Assembly: GCF_009914755.1 (NCBI RefSeq)
Contig: NC_060926.1
Direction: 5' to 3' (one strand)
Length of the DNA stretch: 64,000 nucleotides
DNA from: the human T2T-CHM13v2.0 reference genome, Homo sapiens
The position numbers and the translations under genes were made by a program. Under the pieces are notes generated by a model. It was not told where the DNA came from. It worked only from the letters and a program-made list of their open reading frames with translations, and did no database searches. Position 1 is the first letter of the stretch. Each line of letters begins with the position of its first letter. Below, piece after piece: positions 26,896 through 41,479 of the stretch.

Positions 26896-27591
26896 GGTAG
26901 GGGACAGAAATTAATATCTTTTACCCAGTCATTGCAAGGTACTTTGTTGAGATCTTTATAACAAAAGATCAATGAACAGGATAAAAATGGACAAAATTGT
27001 TTAATATAAGTTTTATGTGACACGGGAGCCTTCAGAAATAAAGACCCAAAGAGACATGAAAAGCTGTATTTTTGTGATTGGGTTTGATGAAGAGTGGACA
27101 GTCATGCAGAAGTATGATTGGACAAAAGGGTATATGGTCTAACGGTAATAAACTGAGGGGAACCTAGCAAGGCCTGTTTGTACAGAACCTTCTCTGATGT
27201 CTCTGCCTTCATTCCTTTCCTCTGCGCAAAGGAAGGATCCCTGTGAATGAGGGTCCTATGACCTATGTTAGAGGAAAGTCAGAGCATTCTTTTATGGCTT
27301 GCTTCTGGAGAGAATAGCATTCCATTGGGTACTATGCTCATTACTGGGTCAAGAGATCAATTTTACCCCAAACCTTAGCATCATGCAATATATTTATGTA
27401 ATAAACTTGCACATGTATGCACTGAATCTAAAATAAAAGTGAAATTATATTAAAAAAATAAAATGAAATATGGTACCAGAAAAAAAATGAGTTCTTTATA
27501 TGAGAGAAGGTCAGAGAGACCTTCCTACTTCTGCTGTTTCCTCAAATGCCAAGCTGTCGTATTTGGGGGTAGCATGTCCTGAACTTCATCA
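26896..27591 (-). mobile_element. MER31 (A/B) solo LTR carrying an L1-derived insert
   Basis: The reverse complement begins tgatgaagttcaggacatgctacccccaaatacgacagcttggcatttgaggaaacagcagaag; TSD CCAT (26892-26895 / 27592-27595). Confidence 0.85.
27324..27501 (+). repeat. Copy of the L1PA16-like 3' end plus flank found at 29811-29984
   Basis: A by-eye alignment is colinear over ~178 bp, including the sequence after the poly(A). Confidence 0.85.
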
Positions 27592-28521
27592 CCATCTATC
27601 TCCCCATGACTACTTCCATTCACATTATTACTGCGCAAAGACTAGATGGAAAGCTGGAAGGGTGGGACTTGCAGATTGCATCCATCCCATTTGCAAGAGG
27701 CTCAGGTTTGGGGTCTGGGACCTGTGGACAGGAAAGTCACATGAGCCCAGAACCAGCTGCTAACTGTTGTCATGTCAACAGAAGAAGTCACAATCCTTAC
27801 CCTTTCCAAAAATTCTCATAGGGGGAGACTTAAGAATGTTAAAAAGTTGCTTTGACAAGAGAAAAATCCCTTTCTGTCCTCATCAGATTTTGGTAAAGAA
27901 CACAGGAGTCGGTGCAGATCCAAGAACAAAAACACATCCACACACCCTTTGGGTGAACAGGCTGCAGTGGTAGCAGCCACAGAGGAAGTTGAAGGAAGGC
28001 AACAGCTGGGGCAACTCACGTCTCAGGAAAACCCACTCCATGTGTTCTTTTATTTCAGATGAAATTCCTTAGAAAACAGATACTTTGAAGCCCCTTAAAA
28101 GTGAGTGATTTAATCCCAACACTTTAATGGCTTTCCCAAGAAAACTTGTTCAACTCCCAATTCCCAGTGACACCCACATCTTTGAAGGTTTTCCTAAGAG
28201 GCACTCAGCAAAGTATCTGGACATAGAGGGCACTCAAATATTTGTTGATGGAATGCTAATGGTAAAATCATAAAAGAAATATCATTTTGGAGAATGTCTC
28301 CCTCAAAAGAACTTGAAAATCAAAAATTTAAACATTCATAGAAAAAGTGTCTCAAATTGAGGTCAATGGCCTGATTTTAATGTCTGCCCTAATATTGGAT
28401 TTTTGCTGGCTTTTAAACATTTTTAAAACAATTTTAGAAAAAATTCAAATACAGAAATATAAATAGAAAATAAATAGAATCAAATATTGATTCTCTGTAT
28501 ACCCATCACCCAGTATTAAAA

Positions 28522-28880
28522 ATTTCTTAGTTCATTTTGTGTTGCTATAAGAGAATACCACAGACTGAGAAACTTACAATGAACAGAAATTTATTTGGCT
28601 CCCAGTTCTAGAGGCTAGGAAGCCCAGGAGCATGGCACTGGCATCTAGTGAGGACCTTTGTGCATCATCCCATGTCAGAAGGATGAAAGGCAAGAGAGAG
28701 TGCGAGTAAGAGGGTGCTGAACTAGAGTTTATAACAAAGTCAATGTTGTGATAACAACATGAAACCATTCATGAGGCCAGAGCCCTCAGGACCTCTCATT
28801 AGGCCCCACCTCACAACACTCTTGCATTGGGGATTAAGATTTCAATACATAAACTTTGGAAAACACATTGAAGCCACAGC
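28522..28880 (-). mobile_element. MSTD-like MaLR LTR
   Basis: cttagttcattttgtgttgctataagagaataccacagactg...ctcattaggccccacctc...gcattggggattaag...ccacagca. Confidence 0.85.
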
Positions 28881-29711
28881 ATTCCAACATTCTGCTCTTC
28901 TTGGGTCATCCATATTTTCACCTCCTCCCCACCCCCTCACTTCATTATTATTTACCATTGTAGCCAAAATTTATGTATACTGAAATGGACAAATCTTAGC
29001 TGTATAATTTTAATGAATGGATAGACTCATGCAAACTTCATCCCATTATACATTTAAATATTTTCATCTCTCAGAAAATTCCTTCATGGCGCTTCTAAGT
29101 CATTTTAGACAATTTTTGCCTGTTTCAAGAACATCATATACATGGAATCATACAGTTATGTACCTATATATCTTTTTTCTTCACTTTGTATAATGTCTGT
29201 GAGATTTATCCATATTTTTTCATGTATAGGTAGTTTATCACTTTTTTTGTTGAGCAGTATTTTGTTATAATTCTTTCGTTGATGAACACTTGGGCTGTCT
29301 TCAGTTGTCAGCTATTATGAAAAAAGCAGCAGTAAACACTCTTGTACAAGTATTTGGTAGACATTTGTTTTCATTTCAGTTGGATACATAATGAGAAATG
29401 AATTACTGAGCCAATATGTGTAGAACTTTATAAGAAACTGTATATATAACTTTAAAAGAAACTACACATCAGTTTTCCAAAGCAGTTACACAATTTTACA
29501 TTTCCACCAGCAGTGTACAAAGGCTCTGATTGCCCCACATCCTTGTCCACATTTGGTATTGGCCCATATTTTAAATGTCAACCATTGTGATGCATGTGTA
29601 GTGGTATCTTATTGTGGTTTTAATTAGCTTTTCCTCTATGATTAATGATGATGAACAGTTTTTCAAGTGCTTATTGGTCATTGGAATATCTTCTTTAAAA
29701 AATTGGGTTTT

Positions 29712-29970
29712 TCTTGTAAGTGAGAGCTACATATTGGGTATCCACGGACATAAACATGGCAACAGTAGACTCTGGGCACTACTGGGGTTGGGGGCAAGCG
29801 TTGAAAATCTATTGGGTACTATGCTCACTACTGGGTGAAGAGATCAATTGTACCCCAAACCTCAGCACCCATGCAATTTATTCATGTAACAAACTTGTAC
29901 CCACTGAATCTAAAATAAAAGTGAAATTATATTAAAAAATAAAATGAAACATGTTACCAGAGGAAAAAAA
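29712..29970 (+). mobile_element. L1PA16-like 3' end fragment inserted in the antisense L1M
   Basis: gtaagtgagagctacatattgggtatccacggacataaac...attgggtactatgctcactac...ctgaatctaaaataaaagtgaaatta. Confidence 0.85.
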
Positions 29971-32463
29971 TGAGTTATTTATATATTCTGTATGCAAATC
30001 CTTTGTCAGAGATATGTTTTGCAAATATTTTCTCCCTAGTCTGCAGATGGTCAATTCATTATCTTAACAGTGTCTTTTCGTGAGCAGAAGTTTTAAAATT
30101 TGATAGTGTATAATTTTTTTTGTTTATTGCTTTCTTTGTGATTTTTAAGAAACATTCAGTTACCTTAGTTTATGAAGCTGTTCTCCTGTTTTAATATTCC
30201 TAAAAGCTTTTCTTCTAAAAGCTGTAATTTTAGCTTTCACGCTTAGATTTATCATCATCTAAATTTTTGTTTGTATGGTATGAGGAAGGGATTGAGATTC
30301 TTTTTTAATTTTTCTTGTAGATATTCATTTGTCCCAGCACCTTTATTAAGAACACTTTCCTTTCCCCCACTGAATTGCCTTGACATTATTGTCAAAAATC
30401 AATTAACCATGTAAGTACAGGTCAATTTCTGGATTCTGCATTATGTTCTATTGATCTATGTGTCTCTTCTTATGCCAATAACTCATTGCGTTCATTATTG
30501 TAGCTTTGTAGGAAGTCTTGAAGGCAGATAGTATATGTAAATCTATGAACTTGGTTTTTCTTTAAAAAAATTGTTTAGCTGTTCTAAGTTATTTGCATTT
30601 CCATATAAATTTTGAAGTCAGCTTTTCATTTTCTATTAAAAAAAGCCTGGTGACATTATAATTTGATTGCATTGATTCTATAAATTAATTTGAGGAAAAT
30701 TAGTATTTTAACAACACTGAATCTTCCAACCTATGAATTGGTGTGTCTATTTATTTAAGTCTTCTTTAGTTTCTGTCAGCGATGTTTAGTAGTTTTCAGT
30801 ACAGAGGTTTGGCTCACCTTTTGTTCCAGTTATTCCCAAGTATTTTATGTTTTCTGATGCTATATAAATATAATTAATTTTTAAGTGTCCACCTTCTATT
30901 TGCCAGCATATAGAAATACAATTGATTTTTATCTGTTAATCTTGTATCATGAAACTTGACTTATTCCTGATACTTGTAATTTGTGTTTTTTCTTTTTCCC
31001 CCTTATTTGTTTTATTATGAGATTACTGATTTTATTAATATTTTCAAATAACTTTCTTGGGATTTGATTTTTTTCTGTTTTCCTCTTTTCTATTTCATTG
31101 ATACCTGCTCTTTATTATTTTATTGGTGCTACTTAGGATTCTTCTTACTCATCTTTTTTAGCATCTTAAGATCATTGAAATCAGGTCTTCTAACATAAGC
31201 ACTCAAAATCTCACTTATCATTCTAATCACTGCTTTAGTTACGTCACACAACTTTTGATATGTTGTATTTTTATTATAATTTAGATGATGAATATTCATA
31301 TTTTTCTTGTGATTTCTTCTTTTGTCCATTGGTTATATCAACATTTACTGTTTAATTTCTAAATGTTGTGTTTTTTCTAGATAGTTTATTATTATTGAGT
31401 TCTAATTTAAGCTCTTTGCGGTCAGAGAACATACTCTATAAAATTTCAATCTTTTGAAGTATAGTGAGACCCTTTATAAGCCTAGCCTATGGTCGATTCT
31501 AGTGAATGTCCCATGTTTCCTGGAAATAAATCTTCATTCTATCATTGTTGTGGTAGTGTTCTACAAATGTAATGAAGTCAAGATTGTTAGCTGTGGTCTA
31601 ATCTTCTATATCCTTGCTAATTTTTTTGACTGGTTGTTCAATAAATCACTGAGAAAAGAGTGTTACAAATCTCCAACTATAATTTTGCATTTATGTATTT
31701 CCCCTTCATTTTGTTTTTGCTTCACATTTTTTGAAATAAAATTTAAGTCCATACCCATTTAAAATGGTAATTGTTACTGATGAATTAACCCTTTAATTAT
31801 TGTGAAATGTCATGTTTTGTCTCTAATAATACTCCTTGTCTTCAAGTTTATTTTGTCTGACAATAAAATAGCCACTACAGCTGTCTTATGATTGGTATTT
31901 GCATGATATAACATTTTTCATCATTTTACATTTAACTTATTTGTATTTTTGTATTAAAGTACATCTTTTGTGAGCAGTGTGGACAGCATTGAGGTAGATC
32001 TTCTTTTTTTAAATCCATTTTGTCAATCTCTGGCTTTTATTGCAGTGATTAGTTATTCAAATTTAATGTAATTATTAGAATGGCTAGAGTTAGGTTTGCC
32101 ATTTACTATTTGTTTTTTATTTATTTTTATTCCCTGTTTTGGGGTGGGATATACAGATTTTCATATTCTAGTTTTATTTCCTCTATTGACTTTTTAGCTA
32201 TACTTCTTTGCATTTTTTTTGGTGGTTGTCCTAGGGATTACAATATGCATTGTTAACTTTCATAATCTACCTAGAGTTCATAGTCTATTGCTTAACATAA
32301 AATACAGTTACCTTGAAGCAGTATAGATCTATTTATCCCTTCATTCTTCATGTTATTTTATCTGTTATATTAACTCCATGTGTTTCATAAATCTTACATA
32401 CAGTTTCATAATTTTATATATAACAAGTCATTTTTTAATTAAGGGAAAATATATATAAATGTA

Positions 32464-33394
<931 letters not shown>

Positions 33395-33839
33395 TATTAC
33401 ATATGTGTGTGTATGTATGTATGCACAGAAGTCTTTAAGATGTATCCACATATTTTCTATTTCTAGAAATCCTTATTTTTTCATGTAGACTCAAGCATAC
33501 CATTTTCTTTAGCCAAAAGAACTCTTTTCAGCATATTTTGTAGTGCAAGCCTGCTGGCAACAAATGCACTGAGTTTTTGTTCATGTTAAAATGTTTTATT
33601 TTAGCTTTCAATTTTGGCAGGTATTTTCACTGGGTGAAAACTTCTGGGTTAACAGTTTTTCCCTTTCAGCACTTTAAAGATACTGTACCATTGTCTTCTA
33701 CCCCCCACTGTTTCTCTAGACAAGTCAGAAGTTATTCTTATCATTGTTCTCCTGTATGGAGTATCTCATTTTTCATTGCCTGCTTTCAAGATTGTCTCTT
33801 TATCTTTGTTTGTTTGTTTTTTCAGCAGTTTGACTATGA

Positions 33840-34480
<641 letters not shown>

Positions 34481-35011
34481 CATGGTTTCCCTTTCAAAGT
34501 AAACCCTCCCTGCAGTTTCTGCTTACTTTTAATCACTCTTCTGAGCCCTTAAATAATTGTGTGTTTGCATGTGTCTATGTGTGTGTAATAATAGTTTTCC
34601 AGATCTTACAGCTTTTTTTTTTGTAAGAGAGTTAGTTTGATTGAGCTACTCTGTTATTACTCAATTCATTTGTTTATAATTGGAAACTAAGGCATGTTCT
34701 TGAAAGTAAAGAAACAGTACCATAAATACCTTATGAATGTTTACAGTGCATCCCATAGTTTTCATTTTATATCTGAGATTGACTAGCTTGAATTCTGACA
34801 GTTTGACCAATCTAAACTTAACAACAATGAAAAGAAACTTGCGGCTTATAGTAGGGTTGCTTTCAGACTCAAATAGAAATGGGACACAAAAATCTGTTAA
34901 GATTAATAGAGAAGATTAATCTCAATCTTCTTAAGAAACTTTTATATTTGTGATTTTAAAACAACTTTTCTATACATCATCACACTCTAATCAGAAAAGT
35001 AAGTAACTTGA

Positions 35012-35368
35012 TGTTTTAGTCCTTTCATGCTGTCATAGTAAGGTGGCATAGGCAGCTTATAAAAAACAAACACTTATTTCTTAGAGTTCTGGAGACTGTG
35101 GAGTCCAAGATCAATGTGTTAGCGGATTTAGCATCCCATGAGGGTCCTCTTCCTGTTTCATAGACAGCACCTTCTCTCTGTGTCCTCACACAGTGGAAGT
35201 GAGGGATCCCTCTCAGGACTCTTTTATAAGGGCACTAATGCCTTTTATGAGGACTCTGCCCTCATGACCTAATTACCTCCCAGTGGCACCACTTCCTAAT
35301 ACCATCAACTTGGAGGCTAGAATGTGAATGTATGCATTTTGAGGGACACAAACATTCAGACCATAGCA
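35012..35368 (-). mobile_element. MLT1A0 MaLR LTR
   Basis: tgttttagtcc...cttttataagggcactaat...acacaaacattcagaccatagca; 5-bp TSD CTTGA. Confidence 0.9.
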
Positions 35369-35845
35369 CTTGATTTGAATCAGAGTATTAGCGTGTGACA
35401 TTGCCCATAGCTTTACTTGGAAATCACTATAGTTCTTCACGTTTCGAATACTCAAAACCCTTCTGAGGCTTCTCAGTTCTAATAATGACCTACGCCACCA
35501 TGCATGATTTGGACCTTGTTTTCTGTCTAAATTATATTCTGTAATTCTCTCCTTTGGCCACTCCACTCCAGCCATACTGATCTCCTGATTTTTCTTTAAA
35601 AATACCAGGTGACCAGGCAGGCTCATACCTCAGACCTTTTTTCCTTACTGTTCCCTCTGCCTAGAATTCTCTTCCCCTAGATAGTTTCATAGCTAGTCTT
35701 CCTTTTTCAGGTGTTTGTTCAAAAGTTAGATTCATAAAGCAGACTTTCATTTCCACCATATGTAAAATTACAACTCCACCCCCGACAACAGAAAACTTTC
35801 TGTTTTAATTCCCTTATTATGTCTCTCTCTCTGATATAGTATATG

Positions 35846-36331
35846 CAGTTGGCCCTTGAACAACACAAATTTGTACTGCATGGTCCATTTACACACATAT
35901 TTTTTTCAATAAATCTTTCTTGCCTCACCTTCTACCTCCTCCATCTTCTTTGCCTCTGTCATCCTGAGACAGCAAGACCAGTCCTTCCTCTTCCTTCTCC
36001 TCCAACTCAGCCTATTTAACATAACGAGGACAATGATGCCCAAGACCTCTATGATTATCCACTTCCACTTAATGAACAGTAAATATATTTTCTCTTCCTT
36101 ATGATTTTCTTGATAACATTTTCTTTTCTTTAGCTTATTTTAAGAATACAGTATATAATACATATAACCTACAAAAGACGTGTTAATCAACTGTTTATGT
36201 TATCTGTAAGGCTTCTGGTCAACCATAGGCTATTAGTAGTTAGGTTTTTAGGGAGTAAAAAGTTATATATGGATTTTTGACTGCACAGGGGGTCAGCACC
36301 ACCACCACTCACATTGTTCAAGGGTCAACCG
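35846..36331. mobile_element. Tigger2a (MER28) DNA transposon
   Basis: Terminal inverted repeats cagttggcccttgaacaa / ttgttcaagggtcaaccg, followed by TA. Confidence 0.9.
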
Positions 36332-36340
36332 TAGTTTCTT

Positions 36341-36653
36341 TCTTTCTTTTTTTATTTTTGGGGCAGGGTTCTGCTCTGTCGCCCTGGTTGGAGTTCAGTG
36401 GTGCAATCATGGTTCACTGCAGAGTCTACCTCCCAGGCCCAGGTGACTCCTCCACCTTAGCCTCCTGTGTAGCTGGGGCTATAGGGGCGTGCCACCATGC
36501 CTGGCTAATGAAAAAATTTTTTTTTGTAGACTTGAGGTCTCCCTATGTTGCCCAGGCTGGTCTCAAACTCCTGAGCTCAAGTGATCCTCCTGCCTCGGCC
36601 TCCCAAAGTGCTAGGATTACAGATGTGAACAACCACGCCAAGCACGCCCAGCC
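36341..36653 (-). mobile_element. AluJ
   Basis: J-type diagnostics (aatcatggttcactgc, cctgagctcaagtgatcctcc); TSD tagtttctt. Confidence 0.92.
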
Positions 36654-37174
36654 TAGTTTCTTACTTATCTTATTTTCTAGATTTGTTTGCCAGTGTTTTA
36701 CTAGAACATACCTCCACAAAGTTAGCATTGTTTATGTGTGTTAATCATGGTATCCCCATACCCTTTAATGTTACCACGCACACATTAGTGCTAAATAATT
36801 TGTTGAATGAATAAATAAATGAAACTCCCTTGAAAGTTTCTGGAATACTGTTAAGCAATTACCATCTAGAACTTTCTCAGTTGACTTACATGAACACAAG
36901 CAGCTTTTGCTATTACAGAAGTATGAGATTAGTATTTTCAATTCACAGTTGTATTTTCAATTCACTTTCTACATCGGGAAATGTTGCTTTTTATTTCACC
37001 ATAGGGGATTTCTACATTGTTATTACAAGACAAATATTATTATTATGAATATCACTGAAACCCAAAATTTAGTCTAATAAAAACATATTTATGCTTTGAC
37101 CAATGGTCCATGGTAATAGTACCTTGTTGGTCTTGTTATAGCAAAATTTCCTCATATATATTACGTGTATGCAA

Positions 37175-37176
<2 letters not shown>

Positions 37177-37212
<36 letters not shown>
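37177..37212. repeat. (CA)18 microsatellite
   Basis: Perfect CA run. Confidence 0.98.
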
Positions 37213-37215
<3 letters not shown>

Positions 37216-38612
37216 TCAGTACAATCAATGTTCCATTACTGGTCCTAGTGGCTTGTTATAATGAAAACATCTAACACCTGACTGTGTAACATAATGCAAA
37301 CTGGAAGAGAAATATAATACAGTGGCTCTAGCTAGTGTAGTACAAATAAAGAGTAAAATATAATTGTCCTTAAAAAATTACAAGAAATTGTAATTGCCTT
37401 GGTTCTCTGGGGAATAAAACCAAAAGGGAACATGTCAGAGGGCAAAGAGAATTGACTTCTGCAAGCATACATTTCTGCCTTGGTCTGCATGCTTGGGCAG
37501 CTTTAATGAACCACCTCATCTTGGAGGGACGTTGGCTCCCGCTTTGTCCTATGTCTAGTCCTTGACCCTGGGAAAGTGGCCTATAAGTACTGGCAATGAG
37601 ATTTCTAACAATGTTGATTATAGTAAATTCCAATCAAGTGAACAATCTTTTACCTTCCTTAAAGTTCTTTGTGATGGGATTTGACCCATAATATTTTTAT
37701 AGATAGCCATAAATGAGCAACAAGGGGATGTGTAACTTGCACAGCAGGACTAATTTCTCTGATTGTCTAATCGTTGACAATTGAAATTGCTTATATTTTC
37801 TAATATCTTAAATGCCCCCAGACAAGCCAACCTTCCCATGACACATCCTCCCTGTAAGGGTTCCTTGGGCCCTCTATTAGTTTTCGAGCTTCTGAAATGT
37901 GAGGACATTTTTCTAACTTATGTCTTACCCAGTTCACATATAAATATCACTCTACTTCCACATCTGGGAATAGGATCACATTATAGCAATTATAACAGCT
38001 ACAGTGTTCTTACTTGTCTCCTTTTTCATTACAACACACTATTTGTGTTTTATTAAAGAGCTAGCCAAACCATAAATCCTAAACTCATTAATATAAATAT
38101 TAACAAATTAATGGATTGGCCAGATAGGTTTAAGTCCAAGATCTACAAAATACTGACTTCGATTCCCCCCTTGAATGCTCAACATACCAAAATTTGGTCT
38201 CTCCAAGTGAGCCTTCACTGTCACTCAAATTCTACCCCATTCCTCAAAACATTCTTTTTAATCTTTACTCTCTTCCACCTAAAGACATCAATTTCTTTCA
38301 CATTATTCCTCACCTTACTTCTTTATTCAGTTACTTAAATACCCCACTCTAACTTTAAGCAAACGTATTATAATCAATTTCAAATGAAAATAAATACATA
38401 TTTATTGTAGGAAATGTATAAAACATATAACAGCCAAACAAAGAAAAAAGAAAAGAACATTATTCCTACCACTCAGAGATGGCCATAGATAATGTTTTAG
38501 AGTATTTGCTATGTTTACATAAAATATTTTAATGTATATATAATATGTATAAATATGTGTCTCATATATAATGTGTGTATATATATTTAATGTCTCTCTA
38601 TCTCTGTATGTA

Positions 38613-38978
38613 TATCTTAGTCTTCCTGAGGTTCTATAACAAAATAGCATAAACTAGGTAGATTATAACCAACAGAAATTTATTTCTCACAGTTCTGGAG
38701 GCTGGGAAGTCCAAGATCTAGGAACCAGCACATTTGGTGTCTGGTGAGGGCCTGCTTCCTCATAGATTCATAGATGGTGTCTTCTTACTGTGTCTTCACA
38801 TGGAGGAAAAATGATGGGGTTTTTCTTGGGTCTCCTTTATAAAGGTACTAGTTGCATGAAGGCCCCACACTCATGAGCTAATCACCTCCTTAAAGCCCTA
38901 CCTCCTAATATCATTGCTTTGGGGGCTATGATTTTAATATATGAATTTTGGGGGGACTCAAACATTCAGACCATATCA
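38613..38978 (-). mobile_element. MLT1A0-like MaLR LTR
   Basis: cagaaatttatttctcacagttctggaggctgggaagtccaagatc...ggggactcaaacattcagaccatatca. Confidence 0.88.
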
Positions 38979-39207
38979 GTAAATATATATATATGAACTA
39001 TATATGAAATAATAATATATGTAAGCACTGATGATTAGAAATTATGTATGTGTGTATATCTCTCTATATATACATAATCTATACATATCACTGTATATGT
39101 TTTTAACCTACTTTCAAAATAACACCTAATACTATCTTTGCATGCAATTTAAATACGTCACCATAATTCTAATATCTTCTTAGAGAGATAGTATCTGTGG
39201 TTTACAG

Positions 39208-39723
39208 CAGGGGTCCCCAACCCCCAGGCCATGGACTGGCACAGGTCTGTAACTTGTTAGGAACCAGGCTGCACAGAAGGAGGTGAGTGGGGGGCCAAGT
39301 GAGAGAAGCTTCATCTGTATTTACAGCCACTCCCCATCACTTGTATTACCACCTGAGCTCCGCCTCCTGTCAGATCAGGAACAGCATTAAATTCTCATAG
39401 GATCACAAACCCTATTGTGAACTGCACATGGGAGGGTTCTAGGTTGTGCACTCCTTATGGGAATCTAATGCCTGATGATCTGTCACCATCTCCCATCACC
39501 CCTAGATGGGACCATCTAGTTGCAGGAAAACAAGCTCAGGGCTCTCACTGATTCTACATTCTGGTGAGTTGTATAATTATTTCATTATATATTACAGTGT
39601 AATAAAAATAGAAATAAAGTGCACAATAAATGTAATGCAGTTAAATCATCCCCTACCCCAGTCCACGGGAGAATTGTCTTCCATGAAACCATCCCCTGGT
39701 GCCAAAAATGTTGGAGACTACTG
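39208..39723 (+). mobile_element. MER1A hAT-Charlie element inserted in a MIR
   Basis: caggggtccccaacccccaggcc...cctggtgccaaaaatgttggagactactg; 8-bp TSD gttta(c/g)ag. Confidence 0.93.
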
Positions 39724-39980
39724 GTTTAGAGCATGCCCTCTGGAACCAGATTGCCTAGTTCAAATCCTAGGTCCACTACTTACTAGCTGCATGATCATGG
39801 GTAAAATCACTTAACCTCTATGTAATTCAATTTCCTCAATTATAAAATGAAAATAATACAAGTATCTTCCTCATAAAATTCCTGTGTAGCCTGTGTAGAT
39901 TAAATACATTAATATTTGCATGGCACTTAGAACTTTGCTTGATGCATAATCATCTCTGTATATCATTATTATTATTATTC
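39724..39980 (+). mobile_element. MIR SINE
   Basis: ctctggaaccagattgcctagttcaaatcctaggtccactacttactagctg...tcaatttcctcaattataaaatg. Confidence 0.85.
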
Positions 39981-39990
39981 CATTTGGGGG

Positions 39991-40329
39991 TATATTAGTC
40001 TGCTAGGGCTGTCATAACAGAATACCTTAGGGTAAGTATTTTAAACAACATAGATTTATTGTCTCACAGTTCTGGAGACTGGAAGTTCGAGATCAAGGTG
40101 CCAACAGGGCTTCTGGTGAGGCCTCTCTCCTTGGCTTGCAGGTGGCCACCTTCTTGCCGTGTCTTCATTTCTCTGGTGTCTCTCCATCTTCTTATAAGGG
40201 CTCCAGTCCTGTTGGATTAGGGCCTCATCCTTATGATATCATTTAACCTTAGTTAACTCCAAGTACAGTCACATTGGGGTTAGTGCATCAACATATAAAT
40301 TTTTGGGGAACATAATTCAGCCCATAATA
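39991..40329 (-). mobile_element. MLT1A/MLT1B-type MaLR LTR
   Basis: tattagtctgctagggctgtcataaca...gaggcctctctccttggcttgcagg...aattcagcccataata. Confidence 0.85.
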
Positions 40330-40693
40330 GGATATGTATGCTAATTTGATTATTATTAGACATTTAGGTTGGTTTCTGTTCTTGCCACAAAAATATTCAT
40401 GCCTCAGTGAACATTGTCCATTATTATTTCCTTAGTATAAATTCCCACACATATATATCCCAAGAAATGTGAAATAAGGAAGCAAATAAGTACATCAGTT
40501 TGAAATAGAACATCAGTTTGGTTTCTATTAAGTATTCCTCCAACACATTTTTACATATATATATATATATATATACACACACATATCCCTCTATATATGT
40601 ATATATATACATATACCTATACATATATATTGCATATATATAATATATATCTCCAAAGAAATGTCAAATAAGGAAGCAAATAAGTAATTATAA

Positions 40694-40868
<175 letters not shown>

Positions 40869-40879
40869 TAATTATAATT

Positions 40880-41272
40880 TGTTATTCTTAGTTGGAGTTT
40901 TCCCAGAAGCAAATTCTGAGACAATGACTTGGGTACAGGTAGGTTATTTGGGAAATGATTCCAGGAAGCCAACATGAGGGAGGAGACAGAGAAATAGAGA
41001 TGAGAAAGGGAGGAAAGTCTAAAAAGTAGGTTAATGACCTCATTACCACTGTAGGCCGCTGGGGGCCCCTGAGGATATAGGAAGCTGAGATATTTATCAA
41101 CTACATTTTCTCCTTTGTTGAGAATTTCCCTGGAACACTGACTCTTCTGGATGTAGATGATCAAGCATTTGAATGCCATATCAAACTCTTAGGCTGAGAG
41201 GCAGAACTCTGTCAGCGTGCCAGGGTTATAGATGAGACAAAGAGATAGGGTCAAGGCATCAGGAGCATCTAC
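40880..41272 (-). mobile_element. ERVL LTR (LTR33-like)
   Basis: ttcccagaagcaaattctgagacaatgacttgggtacaggtaggttatttgggaaatgattccaggaagc...ggcatcaggagcatctacta. Confidence 0.65.
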
Positions 41273-41479
41273 TATCCTGAGAAATTAAAGTTGGTGGCTC
41301 CTTGACTATAAGGTTCTGTTTCTTTTCTTTGTTTCCTACTTGGCTCTTGGTCTCTATCACTCCGAACGCCAATTACATCTGGATCCAGAAGTGTCCAACT
41401 GGGCAGTTTCCAGAAGTGTCCAAGTGGGCAGTTTCCCCCTGCGTCTTCTACTTCCTGAAGACTGTCCATGGGGTTCTAT

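Larger units (their letters stand above)
35430..36820 (+). mobile_element. L2a 3' region (interrupted by Tigger2a and AluJ)
   Basis: ccactccagccatactgatctcct...ctgttccctctgcctagaattctcttcccc...taatttgttgaatgaataaataaatgaa. Confidence 0.75.
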
